A DNA stretch of 64,000 bases from Candidatus Saccharimonadales bacterium (GTDB taxonomy: Bacteria; Patescibacteriota; Microgenomatia; Levybacterales; UBA12049), in NCBI GenBank assembly GCA_035479415.1, contig DATIIS010000030.1:864-64863 (forward strand). Direction: 5' to 3'. Shown here one piece after another: positions 16,991-26,636 of the stretch. The position numbers and the translations under genes are program-made. Numbering within the stretch: position 1 is the stretch's first letter; each line of letters begins with the position of its first letter. The notes under the pieces are model-generated. The model ran no database searches. It saw only the letters and a list, made by a program, of their open reading frames with translations, and was not told the DNA's origin.

Positions 16991-17791
16991 ATGATACCTG
17001 TTTTTATCGTTGCATTCCGCGAATTTCTTGAAGCATTTCTCACGATTGGTATTTTTTTAGGTATCTCAACAAAATTTAACTTACACAGATCAAAAAGTAT
17101 TATCTGTGGTTCGATTGTGGGTTTTATCGTGGTGTTCGTTCTTGCAACAATTGTTTTTGGTGCTGATTCTAGTGTTATTAAATACCTGCCAAAGGATTCT
17201 TTTGACTTGATTAAAGGATGGCTGTTTATTCTTTCTGCTATTTTTGTGGCTTACGCAGTATTTTCTCTCCATAAAATTCTTTCTCACTATTCTGAAAAAA
17301 ATGTCAAAAAGATAGAATCAACAATTGATAAATACAAAATTTCATATTGGCTTTTGCCTTTTACTGCATTTTTATTTGTTTTAAAAGAGGGAAGTGAAGG
17401 AATTTTTTTCAATGTCACTAACGGAATTTTTTACTCTTTTAATCAGGACCTGGTAGGTTTTGGATTAGGATTTATAGCAGCACTTCTATGTGGATTTATC
17501 ATTCAAAAATTCTTTTCTTTTGTTTCACTTAAGCGAATTTTTAGAATTACTGAGGTCTTTATTATTTTTGTCGGTGTTGATGCTATAACTGAAGGATTTG
17601 AAACGCTGGCAATGTATTACTTTCATGTTAATATAGCAGATTATGATATGTTAATAGCGCTTCTCTATATAATATTTGTTTATGAAGTATTTATACGTGA
17701 TAACAAAAAAACTGATCCTACATTGGCAGTCGCAAAAGAAGAAATAAAGCTCACTAAAAGTCAACAAAAAAAGATTAAGAAAAAAATATGA
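16991..17791 (+). CDS. FTR1/EfeU-family iron permease-like membrane protein
   Basis: Polytopic membrane protein with two REXXE-like motifs (REFLEAF and KEGSEGI). Confidence 0.55.
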   Translation: MIPVFIVAFREFLEAFLTIGIFLGISTKFNLHRSKSIICGSIVGFIVVFVLATIVFGADSSVIKYLPKDSFDLIKGWLFILSAIFVAYAVFSLHKILSHYSEKNVKKIESTIDKYKISYWLLPFTAFLFVLKEGSEGIFFNVTNGIFYSFNQDLVGFGLGFIAALLCGFIIQKFFSFVSLKRIFRITEVFIIFVGVDAITEGFETLAMYYFHVNIADYDMLIALLYIIFVYEVFIRDNKKTDPTLAVAKEEIKLTKSQQKKIKKKI

Positions 17792-18207
17792 TACGATTTT
17801 CACGAAGCGAAGACTACGCCATAATTTTAGTTAATAAACTTGCAGCAGAGTACAATAGACGGCTTGTAACTCTTACTGAAGTCGCAAAAGAATATGATAT
17901 CTCACTTTTTTTCTTAAGAAATTTAGCGACTATTCTTCGTAATGCAGGGCTTATAAAGGCAACAGAGGGTAAATTTGGGGGATACACTTTGACAAAAAAT
18001 CCTAAAAAAATTAAGATGGGAGATATTTTGCGGAACTTTTCAAGTGACGAAGAGCTTACCTGTTGTTCCAATGACAAAGATCATGCAAGAGTTTGTCCAA
18101 AACAGAAAAATTGTGTAGCAGGCAATACCTGGAGAAAACTCAATAAAGAATTTATAGATAAAGTGTATAATCTTTCCCTAAATGAGTTCGTCTCGTACAA
18201 TAAATAG
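17788..18207 (+). CDS. Rrf2-family transcriptional regulator (IscR-like, Cys-cluster present)
   Basis: Rrf2 N-terminus (RFSRSEDYAIILVNKLA...TLTEVAKEYDIS) and Cys ligand cluster CCSNDKDHARVCPKQKNC. ATGA overlap with the upstream gene. Confidence 0.8.
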   Translation: MIRFSRSEDYAIILVNKLAAEYNRRLVTLTEVAKEYDISLFFLRNLATILRNAGLIKATEGKFGGYTLTKNPKKIKMGDILRNFSSDEELTCCSNDKDHARVCPKQKNCVAGNTWRKLNKEFIDKVYNLSLNEFVSYNK

Positions 18208-18215
18208 ATTTAAAT

Positions 18216-19232
18216 TTATTCTTTTTTAACATCTTTAAAGAAAGATGTGCCAAGTATTTTAAAGTAATCATTAATATAAAGCCAAGGCCCGTCAAGAATT
18301 GGAAAAACTGCAACAACTTCTCCGCTATCATTACGTAATTCCTCAAGCATATTTTTCTTTTTTACATTTGTTAACTCTTGTAAAAGTCCAGCAAGAGAAA
18401 AGCCACTACTTGGTCCAGCCATTATCATAGTATCTCGAATAAGCCTAAGACTTAATTCATATGATTCCTGTGCACCAGCGATATATGTTTCATCAACATT
18501 TTCCTGCCAAGGTAAGGAGACTTCTTCAAGTCGTTTCAATGTCCGGACTCCTGGTACTGAATCTCCTTCTTTAACAATTACTCCAACAGTTTTTATTTTG
18601 GCATTTTTTCTTTTTAAGTATCTATTGATTCCAATTATTGTTCCTGTAGTCCCAAGTCCTGTACAAAAAAGGGTAATGCTTCCATCTGTTTGCTCCCAAA
18701 TTTGTGGTCCTATGTTTTTTTCAAAGAAAAGAGGATTTGATTGGTTGTCATATTGGTCAAGATTATACGCAGTTTTTTTACTTCCATTTTTTCTGGCGAG
18801 TTCTATTCCATTACCGGCGACAACTACTTGTGCTCCAAAGAGTTGAAGAATTCTAATTTTTTCGTTGGGAGTTGATGAATTTACATAGACAACTGTTGAT
18901 TGATTTGCAAAAAGTGCGAGAGCTGAGCCAGTATTTCCTGATGTAGCTTCATAAAATGTTTCTATGTCACTGAGGTCTGTCTTTTTATTTGCGTCAGAAT
19001 ACATTTGATACATAGTTCCTGCTTTTACTTGATCAAGAGGGGGAAGCCTTAGATCCTTTGCAAAAATTCTGACATTGTCTTTTTTGAAAGGGTTCAATGT
19101 TTCATCAACTATTTCAATAAGTGGTGTTATGGAATGATTGGCAGGATTTATATATTCTTTTTTCGCATCATTTCCAGCAAATATTCTTTTTGAAAAATTT
19201 GAAACAATTTTATTTTTTATTATTTTTTTCAT
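18216..19232 (-). CDS. PLP-dependent enzyme of the cysteine synthase / Trp-synthase beta (PALP) family
   Basis: TPLIEI..., a Lys-containing QVKAG segment, EATSGNTGSALA and GLGTTGTIIG motifs. The internal ATG at 19232 is preferred. Confidence 0.7.
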   Translation of the reverse strand: MKKIIKNKIVSNFSKRIFAGNDAKKEYINPANHSITPLIEIVDETLNPFKKDNVRIFAKDLRLPPLDQVKAGTMYQMYSDANKKTDLSDIETFYEATSGNTGSALALFANQSTVVYVNSSTPNEKIRILQLFGAQVVVAGNGIELARKNGSKKTAYNLDQYDNQSNPLFFEKNIGPQIWEQTDGSITLFCTGLGTTGTIIGINRYLKRKNAKIKTVGVIVKEGDSVPGVRTLKRLEEVSLPWQENVDETYIAGAQESYELSLRLIRDTMIMAGPSSGFSLAGLLQELTNVKKKNMLEELRNDSGEVVAVFPILDGPWLYINDYFKILGTSFFKDVKKE

Positions 19233-20322
19233 ATGTTTCTCCAAAGGTTGCAAGTTTGGCAACTACATCTACTAACACATCTGCCTGATGAACATTGAAG
19301 GCGATTCGTATCCATCCTGGAGTTCCAAACGGCTCTCCTGGCATCACTGCAATTTTTTGTTGTTTAAGAAATTTCTGTGTAAAATCGAAAGAATTATTGG
19401 TAAGTTTCTTTATATTACACCAAAAGTAAGGCCCACTTTCAGGCAACGCGACATCGATCCACTCTATTTCTTTAAGTTTTGGATAAATTATGTCGCGACG
19501 TTTTTTGAAATCATTTAGGAGTTGTTGAGTGTAATCCTCGTGAGAAGTAAGTATCGCTGTGAGCGCTGCTTGAGAGACATATGGTGTGGCAGCAGTGATG
19601 GAGCTTTGTATAGCTTCTAGAGCAGAAATAATTTCTTTAGGAGCAACAGCATATCCAATTCTCCAGCCCATCATTGAAAAAGATTGACTTACACTAAATA
19701 TTGTAATTATGAAGTCGTTCATACTTTTATCAATTGTTGCAAGACTTATTTGTTTGCCGGTATAGACTAATTTTTCATAACTTTCATCAGAGATAATCAT
19801 AAGGTTATTTTTTTTAGCAAAGATTAAAATATCTGAAAGTTCTTTTTTTGTAAAAACTTTTCCAGATGGGTTATGCGGCAAATCGAATAATAATATTTTT
19901 ACTTTAGTATCAGTTTTTAGATCTTTTATTGTTTTAATATTTTGAAGATCAATGATAAAAGGTTTTAACTTTAATATCTGTAGCATCTGCGTGAATGCTG
20001 GCCAATACGGTCTTATTAATGCAACTTTGTCTCCAGGATTGGTAAGGGCAAAAAGTGTTTGAAAAATTATTTGTTTGGCGCCAGTTGAAATGATAATATT
20101 TTCTGGAGTGCTTGATATCTTATTTTCCTCTTTTAATTTTTTTTGTATAGCGATTTTTAATTTACTGTCTCCGCTGATTGCAGTATATGGTGTGTTATTG
20201 TTAGTTATTGCTGATATTGCAGCTTTTTTCCCCGAGCTAGGTATTGGACGATTTGAGATACCTATTGTTAAATCAATAATTTTTTCGCCAGAATTTTGTT
20301 GTTCAAGTATCTCTCCATGCAA
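19210..20322 (-). CDS. Class I/II aminotransferase homolog lacking the PLP-binding lysine (SQSFSMMGWR)
   Basis: Fold-type I pattern (IIDLTIG, NPSGKVF, SDESYEKLVY, SVSQSFSMMGWRIGY). The codon at the SxSK lysine position is CAA (Gln). The only canonical start is TTG at 20322, although conserved N-terminal sequence continues in frame upstream. Confidence 0.7.
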   Translation of the reverse strand: MHGEILEQQNSGEKIIDLTIGISNRPIPSSGKKAAISAITNNNTPYTAISGDSKLKIAIQKKLKEENKISSTPENIIISTGAKQIIFQTLFALTNPGDKVALIRPYWPAFTQMLQILKLKPFIIDLQNIKTIKDLKTDTKVKILLFDLPHNPSGKVFTKKELSDILIFAKKNNLMIISDESYEKLVYTGKQISLATIDKSMNDFIITIFSVSQSFSMMGWRIGYAVAPKEIISALEAIQSSITAATPYVSQAALTAILTSHEDYTQQLLNDFKKRRDIIYPKLKEIEWIDVALPESGPYFWCNIKKLTNNSFDFTQKFLKQQKIAVMPGEPFGTPGWIRIAFNVHQADVLVDVVAKLATFGETYEKNNKK

Positions 20323-20381
20323 TGCTGCACTTGGAAGAACTGACCATCCAAAAACTCTTTTTGATAAGACTAGCTTTTTTA

Positions 20382-21647
20382 TTAGCTAATGCTCCTTTCA
20401 ATATGAAGACTTTCAGATAATAATTTTTCGTCGTCCATGAAGGGGGCAATCACCTGAAGACCAAGTGGTAAATCTCCGGAGTCTTTAATTGGTAGTGAAA
20501 TCGAAGGCATTCCACTGTATGTCCATGGAATATTCATTGCGGGATTGCCTGTATATTCTAGTGTTTTTGGTGCATATGAAGTTGCTGCTGGGCTAATCCA
20601 AAAATCTATAGTGTGTTTATTCATTTCTTCTTTAATAAAATATCTTAATTTGACTTGCTTTTCAAGTAGCTCTTTATATTTATCTACTCTGATGCGAAGA
20701 CCTTTTTTAATTAGTTCTTTTGTTTTTGGACGATACAGCTTCTTAAATTTGGGGTACCAGTCTTTATGTAACTCTGCCATTTCGAAAGCGACAAGTGTCC
20801 ATATATCTTCATTAGTCTCATAAATATTCTCAAATATCGAAATTTCTTTAATAATAAAACGATTATCTTCAAGTTTTTTAACCGATTCTCTAAATTTTTC
20901 TAATACTTTTTTCTCTGCCTGATCTAAATAGTTACCAACAGGAATTCCTAGAACCACGGGATTAGTATTCTTGCGTTCTTTTCCTTTCCAATTCTGTAGA
21001 AGTACTTGAGAGAAAGGTATAATGGATGATACACTAGTTGTAAATAAACCGACAGTATCAAGTGTAGGAGATAGACCAATCAGCCCATCTTTATTAATCC
21101 TTCCATAACTACATTTAAATCCTACAACTCCACAATATGATGCCGGACGTAAAGTCGAACCCACGGTTTGTGAGCCAACTCCAAGATCACAAAGTCCCGC
21201 AGCAACAGCTGCAGCCGAGCCACTACTTGATCCCCCTGGAGTATAGTTAGAATTTACTGGGTTTACTGTTTCATTTGGTTCAGCATATGCAAATTCAGTA
21301 GTTACAGTTTTTCCAAGAATGAGAGCTCCTGCATTCTTGAGTTTGGTTACGATATCTGCTTGTTTACCTCTAAATTCTTCGATAGGCATAAGAGATCCTG
21401 CTTGCGTTGGTAAATCATCAGTTAAAAAAATATCTTTTATTCCAACGGTCGCTCCATATAAAGGTAATGTTTCACCACTTCTTTTTTTTAGATCTATCAC
21501 ATCTTTTTCTAGTCTTTTTTGTCGATCCTTTTCTGGTAGAAAAGAATGTAATGTTTTATCAACAAGTTCTATATTTTTGCAAAGAAGTGAGATATATTCT
21601 TTTTGATTTTCTTCGTTTTTTGATAAATGGTTTTTATGGGTATTCAT
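20382..21647 (-). CDS. Amidase-signature family amidase
   Basis: AS signature GGSSSGSAAAVAAGLCDLGVGSQTVGSTLRPASYCGVVGFK, with the upstream catalytic Lys in GIKDIF. Confidence 0.8.
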   Translation of the reverse strand: MNTHKNHLSKNEENQKEYISLLCKNIELVDKTLHSFLPEKDRQKRLEKDVIDLKKRSGETLPLYGATVGIKDIFLTDDLPTQAGSLMPIEEFRGKQADIVTKLKNAGALILGKTVTTEFAYAEPNETVNPVNSNYTPGGSSSGSAAAVAAGLCDLGVGSQTVGSTLRPASYCGVVGFKCSYGRINKDGLIGLSPTLDTVGLFTTSVSSIIPFSQVLLQNWKGKERKNTNPVVLGIPVGNYLDQAEKKVLEKFRESVKKLEDNRFIIKEISIFENIYETNEDIWTLVAFEMAELHKDWYPKFKKLYRPKTKELIKKGLRIRVDKYKELLEKQVKLRYFIKEEMNKHTIDFWISPAATSYAPKTLEYTGNPAMNIPWTYSGMPSISLPIKDSGDLPLGLQVIAPFMDDEKLLSESLHIERSIS

Positions 21648-21659
21648 AAATTTATTATT

Positions 21660-22823
21660 TTATATTGATTTAGTGTCAGGCGACTCGACAACATTTTTGG
21701 GTAACGGATGATGTGAGAAAAAATCCCAAATGATATGCGCTGCGTTAACCTGATGAATAGTGTTATTTATACGTTCATTAAAGGCTATATGAGGCCATGA
21801 ATGTCCCTCACCAATAATTTTATAATGTACAACAGATGAATTCCCGTCACAGTTTGTCCACTGATATTCATTTAATTTTTTGTTTTCAACTGTAATTATT
21901 GGTTTTGGTTTACATTTATCGCGCGCAGCCCAACGATTCGCCCATGTGAATGCAGCGAATTCATTTTTGGCCTCAAGTCCCACATATGGAACAGTCGTAT
22001 CTTTTGTTCCATGAATTTCCATAATTGGCAGTGATCTAAGTGCGCGACAGGTCTTAAATGCTGTCACATATGATCCCGAAACTGACGAAAATGCGGCCAC
22101 ACGATTTGAAAGTTGACAGGCTAGTTTGGCAACAAATCCTCCTCCATTTGAAAATCCTGTTGCGTATATCTGATGAGGATTTACGCAGAGATTGCTTTGT
22201 ATTTCATTTAGCATATTACTCACAAAGAGAACGTCATTGGATGTAATTGTTGGATGAAGACCTGTGTTCCATCCTTGAAGTTTCACAAGACTTGTTGTGC
22301 CTTCCGGGTATATCAAAATAACATTATTATTATTTGCGATATCGTCAAAGTGGGTAAACTTTTCTAAAGAAAAAGCATCGGATGCATATCCATGAAATGC
22401 CATTATGAGTGGATGCTGGGTATTATTTTTGTAACCAGCTGGTAAATAAATAATAAATTTTCGTCCTTCTTTCCCATCAGTAATTTGGACATAATTACTA
22501 CTTTTTGTTTTTAATGTAAGTGGAGTATTACACCCGGTACTTTGAATAGGTTTATCAATAACAATCGTCTCGTTTTTATTGGATTTATTTTTGAAATGTG
22601 TAACAGGGATGGTGTTATGGATATTTTTTTGAATAGATTTTATAACTGAAATTGTATTTTGACGAAAAAGAGGTGAGATATCTGGTAAAAAGAAAAGACT
22701 TATAAGTAAGATACATATAAGAAGGGTAAGAATGATTATATTTTTCCTTCGATCTTGTTGTTGAAGTTTTATAAAATTTTCTTTAATTCTTCGCATATCA
22801 TCGTTTTTGTCCTCCTCTTCCAA
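21660..22823 (-). CDS. Secreted esterase, PHB-depolymerase/feruloyl-esterase (LpqC-like) family
   Basis: N-terminal TM anchor, HPLIMAFHGY, nucleophile elbow GFSNGGGF, and IHGTKDTTVPY. Confidence 0.65.
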   Translation of the reverse strand: MEEEDKNDDMRRIKENFIKLQQQDRRKNIIILTLLICILLISLFFLPDISPLFRQNTISVIKSIQKNIHNTIPVTHFKNKSNKNETIVIDKPIQSTGCNTPLTLKTKSSNYVQITDGKEGRKFIIYLPAGYKNNTQHPLIMAFHGYASDAFSLEKFTHFDDIANNNNVILIYPEGTTSLVKLQGWNTGLHPTITSNDVLFVSNMLNEIQSNLCVNPHQIYATGFSNGGGFVAKLACQLSNRVAAFSSVSGSYVTAFKTCRALRSLPIMEIHGTKDTTVPYVGLEAKNEFAAFTWANRWAARDKCKPKPIITVENKKLNEYQWTNCDGNSSVVHYKIIGEGHSWPHIAFNERINNTIHQVNAAHIIWDFFSHHPLPKNVVESPDTKSI

Positions 22824-23904
22824 TTGTCCAACGCAAAAATGGAATACGAAGGAGAATAAGACATATAATCAGTGATAAGATAAAAGTCATAAGGCTAGTA
22901 AAGATTATTTTCTCAAGTGTGGGGACTTCTGCTGGCATAATAGGGATAACGTGTTGTATAAAATATGTCAAAATCATGACGTGAACAAAAAATATTCCAA
23001 AGGATGTATCAGAAATGCCTTTAATTAAACGAAAAAGTTTCTTTTTTCCGACCCAAAGAATCGAAAGCCATGAGAAAAAAGGAATAACCGCAATACTATA
23101 AAAAATGACACTTGGTTGTAATACGCTCAATGCGTAAGTCATCGATTCCGTATGAAGTTGATGTAAGAAATAAATAGAATAGCATAGGAATGTTATTGCA
23201 AAGATAATTGAAAGAAGTCTGCCATAATTTTTTACAAAAGCGTAAATTTTGTTCATATAGATAGCAACGATTGATCCAGCTATAAAGAAAAATTGGTAGG
23301 TTATAAAAAGTCTATCCTGATAAGGTATTATAACGTTTTTGACAAAGGAAGTTTGAGTGAGTGGGCCTTTTTGTAGATATGCAAAATCGAAATAAATCAT
23401 AGCAACCTGCAAAATGAAACTTATTAAAATTACTGCGATTGGATGATGAGAAATTTTTTTAATAAACCACAAGAAAAAGGGAAAGAGTAAATAGTATTGT
23501 AGAGCAAGAGAGATATAATAAAGTTGATACGAGGCGTTTCCTGTCAAAATATCCATCCAAAAATTATTGAGCGAATTATTAATCCAGACATAGATCAAAC
23601 TCCAAAGAATATACGGAATAAAAATAAATAATAAACGTTTTGACCAAAATTTAAACGGCGAAAAAGCGCGATGATAGTAGACATACGTAAGAACAAGCCC
23701 TGTCACAAAAACAAATATTTCACGGTTATAGTGAAGAAGATGGATAAAAAGAGCAATAGCATCAGTTCCAAATGTTGATCTCGAATAGAGAAAAGCGCAT
23801 GAAGCAAATGTGTGGATTATTACAACTGAGAATACTGTTATTGCTCGCAAAAAATCTATTTCATAGATATGAGCTTTCTTTTCTTCATTATTTTCATTTT
23901 CCAT
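22798..23904 (-). CDS. Membrane acyltransferase family 3 (O-acyltransferase)
   Basis: EIDFLRAITVFSVVIIHT N-terminal motif and about 10 TM helices. Overlaps the downstream esterase gene by 26 nt. Confidence 0.7.
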   Translation of the reverse strand: MENENNEEKKAHIYEIDFLRAITVFSVVIIHTFASCAFLYSRSTFGTDAIALFIHLLHYNREIFVFVTGLVLTYVYYHRAFSPFKFWSKRLLFIFIPYILWSLIYVWINNSLNNFWMDILTGNASYQLYYISLALQYYLLFPFFLWFIKKISHHPIAVILISFILQVAMIYFDFAYLQKGPLTQTSFVKNVIIPYQDRLFITYQFFFIAGSIVAIYMNKIYAFVKNYGRLLSIIFAITFLCYSIYFLHQLHTESMTYALSVLQPSVIFYSIAVIPFFSWLSILWVGKKKLFRLIKGISDTSFGIFFVHVMILTYFIQHVIPIMPAEVPTLEKIIFTSLMTFILSLIICLILLRIPFLRWTIGRGGQKR

Positions 23905-23930
23905 AGTTCTATTATCGCAAAAAACGGATA

Positions 23931-25403
23931 TTATTTGGAGGGATAAAATTCTCTTAATATATTCTTATCGATTTTATTCGTTTTTCCTCTCGGGAGTTCA
24001 TCGAGCAAATATAGTTCAGCAGGAACTTTTTGTGGGCTCAATTGGGATGCAGCAAATTCTTTTAGTTCTTTCACAAAGAGATCATCTTTTTTATCACTTA
24101 CCAAAAAGGCGACAACCTTTTCTCCTAAAATATCATCTTTTTTCCCAAGAACCGTTGCTTCAATAACTTCAGGATACATAAGAAGTATTTCTTCTATTTC
24201 TCGGGGCATGATATTTTCGCCTCCGCGGATAATTATGTCTTTTTTTCTCCCAGTAATAAACAAATATCCTGCCTTATCCATATATCCTAAGTCTCCTGTC
24301 CGGAACCAACCATTTACAAATGAGTCTTTATCCCTCCCATCCTCATAATGTTTGATGATTTGTTCTCCTTTGATATAAATTTCTCCTGTTTTGCCTGTCT
24401 TTTCTCTCCGTCCTGTCTTTATATTTACAATTTTTGCATCAACTTCTAGTGCGAGCCCCACTGAGCCAGGTATATGTTTGCGGGGAGGTAGGGGATTTGA
24501 AAATATTGTGGATGCCCCTTCTGAAATGCCATATGTTTCAATAACTGGAAATCCAAATTTTTTTTCAAATCGTCTTAAGTTTGCTTTTGGAAGTGGGGCA
24601 GATGCAGTTCTAAAAAAACGAAGCGATGATCTTTTGAGAAATGAGGGTTTATCGGATTTAAGAAGAATAGCAAGGATAGTTGGTACTATACTTATCCATG
24701 TCGGATCGTATTTTTTAACCCATGCCCAAAAATTACTTGCACTAAATTTGGGTGCGATAATAACAATGCTACCGACCAGCATTGAAGTAATAAGGCTTAC
24801 AACAGGCGCATTGACATGATAGAAAGGAAGAGGTGTCAATCCTTTGTCTGTGTTGGTTAATTTATGTCTTTTGCAAATATTTTTTGCCGTTATAACGATT
24901 TGTGTAGCGTTAAGTATCATACCTTTCGGAGTACCTGTTGAGCCTGAGCTTTGCAAGAAAATGGTCCCATCAGCTATGTGGGGCATTTCTTTAGGAAAAG
25001 TTTTTTTACGAGAGATAATTTTTTGTATATCCGAAAGTGAAAGTTGTTTTGTCTTTGGCTCTGTCATCCATTCTTCTGTTTCAGTAATGAGGATATCTGG
25101 AGTGTACTTTTCTAATAATTCATTATATTCAGATTCAGTTGTATTGGGGGAAATTGGGATAAGAAAATGACCAAAGATAAGTGATGTTAGCCAGATTATA
25201 GAATTTATGATTCCTCCTGATGTTGCGAGTATTATTGTTTGGCGAGACTTGATGCCGAGGAAATTCTGAAGACTAAGAACAGATGAAAGAAGTCGGTAGT
25301 AGGTAATTTTCTTACCAGTTATTGCTTCAATAATGCTTGTTTGTTGTCCTTGTTGTTTCGCATGTTTTACCAGTGCTCTATGTAGTACTTCACTTCCTGT
25401 CAT
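23931..25403 (-). CDS. AMP-dependent synthetase/ligase (acyl-CoA/acyl-AMP ligase)
   Basis: AMP-binding motif LQSSGSTGTPKG, plus ETYGISE, GWFRTGDLGY, GRKKDIIIRGGENI and PRGKTNKIDK. Confidence 0.85.
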   Translation of the reverse strand: MTGSEVLHRALVKHAKQQGQQTSIIEAITGKKITYYRLLSSVLSLQNFLGIKSRQTIILATSGGIINSIIWLTSLIFGHFLIPISPNTTESEYNELLEKYTPDILITETEEWMTEPKTKQLSLSDIQKIISRKKTFPKEMPHIADGTIFLQSSGSTGTPKGMILNATQIVITAKNICKRHKLTNTDKGLTPLPFYHVNAPVVSLITSMLVGSIVIIAPKFSASNFWAWVKKYDPTWISIVPTILAILLKSDKPSFLKRSSLRFFRTASAPLPKANLRRFEKKFGFPVIETYGISEGASTIFSNPLPPRKHIPGSVGLALEVDAKIVNIKTGRREKTGKTGEIYIKGEQIIKHYEDGRDKDSFVNGWFRTGDLGYMDKAGYLFITGRKKDIIIRGGENIMPREIEEILLMYPEVIEATVLGKKDDILGEKVVAFLVSDKKDDLFVKELKEFAASQLSPQKVPAELYLLDELPRGKTNKIDKNILREFYPSK

Positions 25404-25523
25404 AAATTTATAGAATAAAGTGTATCAATGTATTCTTTATAATACCTGAAAGGGAGGTTAAAAATAAAGATAGAAAGTGCTTTTTCTTACCATTATTTAA
25501 TCTTTTCGTAGTATACTTTCTGT

Positions 25524-26258
25524 ATGGCAGAGCACGTAAAGAGGCCAACTGAATCTCAATTTCAAAAGCATTTGAAAAAAGAGAAGCACAAACACGAAAA
25601 TCCGTTGCGAGATATTATCTTGGGCGGACAGGATGGATTGGTAAATGCATTGGGTATCATTTTGGGTGTTATGGCGGCATCAAGTGATGTCAAAATTCTT
25701 ATTGCAACTGTTCTTGCAGCAACAATTGCAGAATCATTTTCCATGGGAGCCGTTGCCTATACTTCCGCACTCTCTCAACGTGATTACTATGATAGTGAAA
25801 GAAAAAAAGAAAAAGATGAAGTTGATAAATTTCCAGAAATGGAAAAAGAAGAAATAAGACGTATTTATGAAAAAAAAGGTTTTAAAGGGAAAATTCTTGA
25901 AGAAATTGTGACAACGATAACACATGATAAGAAATTGTGGGTTGATACAATGATGGCAGAAGAATTAAAAATAACTCCCGTTGATACAAAAGCAGTTCTT
26001 AAAAGTTCTGTCATTGTAACAATCGCAACTGCAATTGGTCATCTTATCCCACTTGTACCATTCCTTTTTGTAACTAATGGATCAAGTTTGCTTATTGCTG
26101 TAATTATAAGTGGAATCACATTATTTGCAGTTGGAGCGTATCAAGCAGTGAGTCTTGTCGGAAGTTGGTGGAAGAGTGGAATTCGCATGGTAATTATTGG
26201 ACTTGCGGCGGCATTTATCGGTTACTTTATTGCGAGACTTTTCCATGCAACAGCGTAA
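25524..26258 (+). CDS. VIT1/CCC1-family iron/manganese transporter
   Basis: RDIILGGQDGLVNALGIILGV N-terminal motif, Glu/Lys-rich cytoplasmic loop and C-terminal TM helices. Confidence 0.75.
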   Translation: MAEHVKRPTESQFQKHLKKEKHKHENPLRDIILGGQDGLVNALGIILGVMAASSDVKILIATVLAATIAESFSMGAVAYTSALSQRDYYDSERKKEKDEVDKFPEMEKEEIRRIYEKKGFKGKILEEIVTTITHDKKLWVDTMMAEELKITPVDTKAVLKSSVIVTIATAIGHLIPLVPFLFVTNGSSLLIAVIISGITLFAVGAYQAVSLVGSWWKSGIRMVIIGLAAAFIGYFIARLFHATA

Positions 26259-26279
26259 GCATTAATTATTTATTGAAAT

Positions 26280-26591
26280 ATGTTCATGATCGTTCGTACA
26301 TCAGATGAGTCAACACACAAAAAAAATGTTTTCGATGACAGTTTGATTACAGATGTATCCAATCTCCCAGATGATGTCTCATTAGATTTTATTGAAGTTG
26401 AAGAGTATTTTGAAAAAGGGGAAGCATCTTTCAATCGTGTTTATCATATCTATGACGGCGCGATGAAAGTAATTATTAATGATAGAGAGATCGTATTGAG
26501 AAAAGGTGATGGGATTTTTATTGAAAAAGGGATGAACTTTGAAATGACTGGCACCTTTAAAGCAGCGGCAGTGCATCGAGTGGCAGTTTGA
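26280..26591 (+). CDS. Small cupin-like protein
   Basis: 103 aa, beta-rich with GDGIFIEKG...F, reminiscent of a cupin barrel. Weak. Confidence 0.4.
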   Translation: MFMIVRTSDESTHKKNVFDDSLITDVSNLPDDVSLDFIEVEEYFEKGEASFNRVYHIYDGAMKVIINDREIVLRKGDGIFIEKGMNFEMTGTFKAAAVHRVAV

Positions 26592-26636
26592 GTTTGTTTT
26601 TTAATTTATCTCAGAGTTCATGATATACTCCTCGAT

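Noticed and set aside
24391-25170. Plus-strand ORFs 24391-24819 and 24844-25170
   Set aside because: They are antisense to the acyl-AMP ligase gene, which carries all canonical adenylation motifs. They have no independent support.
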